DNA of 64,000 bases from Actinomycetes bacterium (lineage in GTDB: Bacteria; Actinomycetota; Acidimicrobiia; Acidimicrobiales; JAKAVM01), in assembly GCA_021817065.1 (NCBI GenBank), contig JAKAWH010000001.1, positions 8,917-72,916 of the forward strand, read 5' to 3'. The translations under genes were made by a program, and so were the position numbers. Positions 61,133-64,000 of this stretch are shown here, piece by piece (the stretch's first letter is position 1; each line of letters starts with the position of its first letter). Under the pieces are notes generated by a model, which saw nothing but the letters and a program-made list of their open reading frames with translations, was not told where the DNA came from and did no database searches.

Positions 61133-62332
61133 TTGGAACCTGAGTTCCCGAGCCTGAAGCGCCGGCAAGGCGAGCCTGTGACCATGCTAGTGGCGATGCT
61201 CTACGGCTCGACGGGCGGCTCGGATCTGGCCGTGCTTTTCGTGCTAATGGTGATCTCCATCCCCATAGCGGTAGCCCTGATCCGCAATCGTCGGTACGCC
61301 GAGTCCAATCGCTATTCGCACATGGAGGGGTGGGTGCCGGGCAATCCGGGAGTCGGCGAGTTCCATGGCCTCATCGATGCGCCGCCTTCGCCCTACCGCA
61401 CTGGCGGCCCGAGGGTGGTTGCAGATGAACGGACCGCTTTCGGCAAGCGGGCCTGGATCGTGGCAGGCGCAACTCCGCCCGCTGCACCTCCCGAGTTGAT
61501 CGAAGACCCCGCCGGGGAACCGAGGCTTCCGTCCATGACGATCCCGATCGACCTGCCGGCGACGGAGTGTTCCGTCGACCCCAATGGGGCAACTCCCGAG
61601 GAGCGCCCACAGGCCCCGGCCATTCCCGAGGTGCGCGTGCTCGGACGGGTCGAAGTAACCGCCTGGCACAAGGAACCCGACCGGCGGGTCGTCCCCGAGC
61701 TGGCCTGCTTCCTCGCTCTCCACGCCGATCGACAGGTTCCCGGCGAAGAGATCCGGGCGGCACTGTGGCCGGGCGATCTGGAGACCACCGAGGCGTCGAC
61801 GAAAAGTCTCCACAACGCGGTGTCCCTCCTGCGCAAGAGCCTGGGTGCCCAATTCGTCCCGGAGGCGTCCAAAGGGTCGGGTTACCGCCTGGCTCCTGAG
61901 GTTCGAAGCGACTGGGACCGATTCCAGGAGCTAGTCCGGCAGGCTGTTTCGAGCGGAGAGGAGGTCGAGCTGCTCTCCCAGGCATTGCGGCTCGTACGGG
62001 GAGCCCCCTTCGAGGGAGTTGCTCCCGGCAGCTTCACCTGGGCCTGGACGGAGCTGTACGTGGCGCGAATGGAGGTGGCGGTCTCCCGGGCCGCTGCGCG
62101 GCTCGCGGCTGCCTGCCTCGATGCCAGCGAATACGACACTGCCCGGTGGGCGGTGCTGAAGGGGCTCTCTGCCGCTCCCTACGACCGGCAATTGTGGAGG
62201 AGCTTCCTGACCGTCGCGGCCGGCTGCGGACCCGGTGAGCTGGACCGAGCCGTGAAGCACGCGACATCGGTTCTCGGGGAAGACGTTCACGAGTACGACG
62301 AGCTGATCGAGGGGTTCCGCCAGCGGCGCTGA
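61133..62332 (+). CDS. membrane-anchored SARP/AfsR-like regulator (TM helix, OmpR-type winged helix, BTAD domain)
   Basis: TM helix LAVLFVLMVISIPIAVALI. wHTH VRVLGRVEVTAW...ELACFLALH...EEIRAALWP...LHNAVSLLRKSLG. BTAD DWDRFQELV...ALRLVRGAPFEG...WAWTELYVARME...YDRQLWRSFLTV. Start at TTG 61133 or ATG 61184. Confidence 0.7.
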   Translation: MEPEFPSLKRRQGEPVTMLVAMLYGSTGGSDLAVLFVLMVISIPIAVALIRNRRYAESNRYSHMEGWVPGNPGVGEFHGLIDAPPSPYRTGGPRVVADERTAFGKRAWIVAGATPPAAPPELIEDPAGEPRLPSMTIPIDLPATECSVDPNGATPEERPQAPAIPEVRVLGRVEVTAWHKEPDRRVVPELACFLALHADRQVPGEEIRAALWPGDLETTEASTKSLHNAVSLLRKSLGAQFVPEASKGSGYRLAPEVRSDWDRFQELVRQAVSSGEEVELLSQALRLVRGAPFEGVAPGSFTWAWTELYVARMEVAVSRAAARLAAACLDASEYDTARWAVLKGLSAAPYDRQLWRSFLTVAAGCGPGELDRAVKHATSVLGEDVHEYDELIEGFRQRR

Positions 62333-62406
62333 CCTCTCTGGGGACGAGAGCCCACCACGGGTGCCCGGATGGACAATAACGTAACATCTTTGCTACGCTT
62401 CTACCC

Positions 62407-62838
62407 ATGAGCAACCCGGGTGGCGGCGAAGCTAGCCAGTTCTGGACGGACCTTTCCGTCGACTTGGAAGATCCCGCATTCCTTCGGGAATACATCCGCG
62501 AGTCGGTGAGGATCGCAACCATCGACGGTGTGGTCAATGAACTCGACGAGGCCCGGGAAGCCGCTCACCTCTCCAAAGCCGAGCTCGCCCGCGCCATCGG
62601 AACCGATCCGGCCGTGATACGGCGCCTTTTCTCGGCCGGACACGTCAACCCGACGCTCGGAACCCTGGCCGAAGTCGCTACCGCGTTGGGAATGCGGATC
62701 TTCCTTCAGCCGCTTGACGCCTCGGAGCGCGAGAGATTGACGACCCCGCTTCTCACTGGCCATAGCGTCGACACTCGCGCCCTTGCGGAGTACGCGGGTT
62801 CTCTGCGAGACGAAGGCAGGACTACGACGCTCGCCTGA
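62407..62838 (+). CDS. XRE-family HTH protein (HigA-type antitoxin-like)
   Basis: LEDPAFLREYIRESVRIATIDGVVNELDEAREAAHLSKAELARAIGTDPAVIRRLFSAGHVNPTLGTLAEVATALGMRIFLQP. Confidence 0.75.
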   Translation: MSNPGGGEASQFWTDLSVDLEDPAFLREYIRESVRIATIDGVVNELDEAREAAHLSKAELARAIGTDPAVIRRLFSAGHVNPTLGTLAEVATALGMRIFLQPLDASERERLTTPLLTGHSVDTRALAEYAGSLRDEGRTTTLA

Positions 62839-62849
62839 TCATTCGTGCG

Positions 62850-63371
62850 TCAACCGAGCGATCGGGGATTCCTGCTCCGGTACTCGTCGCCCAGCAGGCG
62901 CACGCCCACATAATCAGCCTTGGTCAATACGGAGCGAAATGGCTTGTCGAGCCCGCACACGATCACAAGCAGCGGCTTGTCCTGCCCCGAATTGACAGCG
63001 TCGTAGTCGAGCAGGCAATAGAGCCGATAATGATGGCGCTTCGGCCCATCTACTCGGACTTCGAACCATCCGGCCAGCTCTTCCTTCATCGCCTCCCAGT
63101 AACCACCACCCACAAATCTCTTGGGAGGCGCGGCCGCCACGGCAGCAAGAACAGCGACCATCGTCGCCCGCACCTTCGGTGGGCATGTGGAGCGGAGGAA
63201 CTCGCGACCGGGGAGGTACTCGGTGGGATCGTCATCCCTGTGGCGCCGGAAGTACACGACGTCATGGACGTCGTCCGACGATGGCGACCTTCTCACCGGC
63301 GAAGGAGCCAGCCGCGTTCGGGCCGGCGTGGGGGGACTGGCACGGCGGCGAGATCGCTGATCCGGCGTCAT
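62850..63371 (-). CDS. Gp49/HigB (RelE/ParE superfamily) toxin-like protein
   Basis: The C-terminal roughly 110 aa read GGGYWEAMKEELAGWFEVRVDGPKRHHYRLYCLLDY...LLVIVCGLDKPFRSVLTKADYVGVRLLGDEY. The Arg/Pro-rich N-terminal extension is doubtful; an alternative GTG start lies at 63257. Confidence 0.65.
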   Translation of the reverse strand: MTPDQRSRRRASPPTPARTRLAPSPVRRSPSSDDVHDVVYFRRHRDDDPTEYLPGREFLRSTCPPKVRATMVAVLAAVAAAPPKRFVGGGYWEAMKEELAGWFEVRVDGPKRHHYRLYCLLDYDAVNSGQDKPLLVIVCGLDKPFRSVLTKADYVGVRLLGDEYRSRNPRSLG

Positions 63372-63408
63372 TCCTGCGTGTCCGCCTTCGCCTTACAACG
63401 ATGCTTCA

Positions 63409-64000
63409 CTACACCTCCCCGCGTACCCGGCGGGTCCATTCGGGGACCTCGAACCAGGGGACCACCATGATGCGTTCCATCCCGCGACCCGGGGCCAGGC
63501 ACAGCGCGGTGCCGGGCGGAAGGTTGTGGATGGCGTTGATGGGAAGGCGGGGGCGCCAGGTGGACGAGTGGGTGGTGGAAGAAAAGCCCTTGCCGGTCAA
63601 TGTTGCGAAACCATCGGGAACCGAGATGGAGGATGTGGGGACCTGGTGGTCGCCCCCCAGCGAGGAGAGGAGCTGGAGGGTCCAGGGATCGCCGATGCCA
63701 GGGAGGACCACCTTCACCGAGAACAGTGAGAAGAAGCCTTCGGCAGCGGTGCCCCATCGCGCCCTTCCCTGGGAGAGGTCCTGCATGCAGGCGAGGGTGA
63801 CCAGGCCCTGGCCGGCTCCTTCTGCGGCTATGGAAGGCAGCGAGGGGATCGGGGCGATGTTGGCCACCTCGTCCAAGGCGAACACCACCGGAGCGGCGTC
63901 GGGGTGGCGGGAGCGGCGAGCGTAGACGGCCGAGCGCACTTGCTCTACCACCGCGACCACCAAGGGAGTCAAGCGGTCCTGGGCTTCGGACGGCGAGCAG
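63409..64000 (-). CDS. type IV secretion coupling protein (TraG/TraD/VirD4 family), C-terminal part; the ORF is open to the window edge
   Basis: VVFALDEVANIAPIPSLPSIAAEGAGQGLVTLACMQDLSQGRARWG...VVLPGIGDPWTLQLLSSLGG matches the TraG-D_C pattern. The frame has no stop between 63972 and 64000. Confidence 0.7.
   Translation of the reverse strand, partial: CSPSEAQDRLTPLVVAVVEQVRSAVYARRSRHPDAAPVVFALDEVANIAPIPSLPSIAAEGAGQGLVTLACMQDLSQGRARWGTAAEGFFSLFSVKVVLPGIGDPWTLQLLSSLGGDHQVPTSSISVPDGFATLTGKGFSSTTHSSTWRPRLPINAIHNLPPGTALCLAPGRGMERIMVVPWFEVPEWTRRVRGEV

Larger units (their letters stand above)
60906..64000. mobile_element. edge of a putative tRNA-integrated integrative/conjugative element that continues beyond the window
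   Basis: The evidence is the tRNA 3' fragment with flanking repeats, toxin-antitoxin-type genes and a TraG/VirD4-type coupling protein open to the window edge. The integrase and intact tRNA are not in the window. Confidence 0.5.

Overview
This is a high-GC, actinobacterial-type chromosomal segment. An Acidimicrobiia-like origin is only a guess from codon style and gene content. All calls come from reading the ORF translations and the DNA; no searches were run. I support about 50 protein genes, two intact tRNAs (Pro-TGG, Asp-GTC) and several repeats and operator-like palindromes. The ORF track accepts GTG and TTG starts, and many long Arg/Pro/Gly-rich alternative-frame ORFs are ignored as GC artefacts.

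Gene content from left to right:
- An ECF sigma factor and a coupled anti-sigma-like gene.
- An OYE flavin reductase.
- A 1079-aa secreted NHL-repeat protein.
- A TetR-controlled Baeyer-Villiger monooxygenase and hydrolase pair.
- A MASE1 hybrid histidine kinase with a LuxR-type regulator.
- A PRTase-hydrolase fusion, an FAD oxidase and a dienelactone hydrolase.
- An RDD protein, a YihY protein and a P450.
- A solute-binding-protein gene broken by an in-frame TAG.
- An AddAB/AdnAB-like helicase-nuclease pair.
- A rusticyanin/sulfocyanin-type blue-copper lipoprotein.
- A GT4 glycosyltransferase, clpB, aroD and ftsH.
- A metal and efflux neighbourhood: MerR-MFS, TroABCD-like transporter plus Fur/Zur, a second MFS, and MntP.
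- A pabB-pabC fusion and a beta-carbonic anhydrase.

The most interesting region is 51.0-59.8 kb. A two-component system sits between two divergent gene sets:
- One strand carries an orphan cytochrome b fusion protein.
- The other strand carries an apparently truncated FMN-binding-type membrane protein, an ApbE flavin transferase, a NOX/MsrQ-type di-heme membrane protein, a NuoF-like flavoprotein and a ferredoxin.
- I read this as a candidate transmembrane electron conduit.

The right end of the window (about 59.8-64 kb) is accessory DNA:
- A low-GC stretch.
- A tRNA-Glu-like 3' fragment, a likely att site, with flanking repeats.
- The edge of an integrative or conjugative element. It carries a membrane-anchored BTAD regulator, a convergent XRE/Gp49-type toxin-antitoxin pair and a partial type IV coupling protein.
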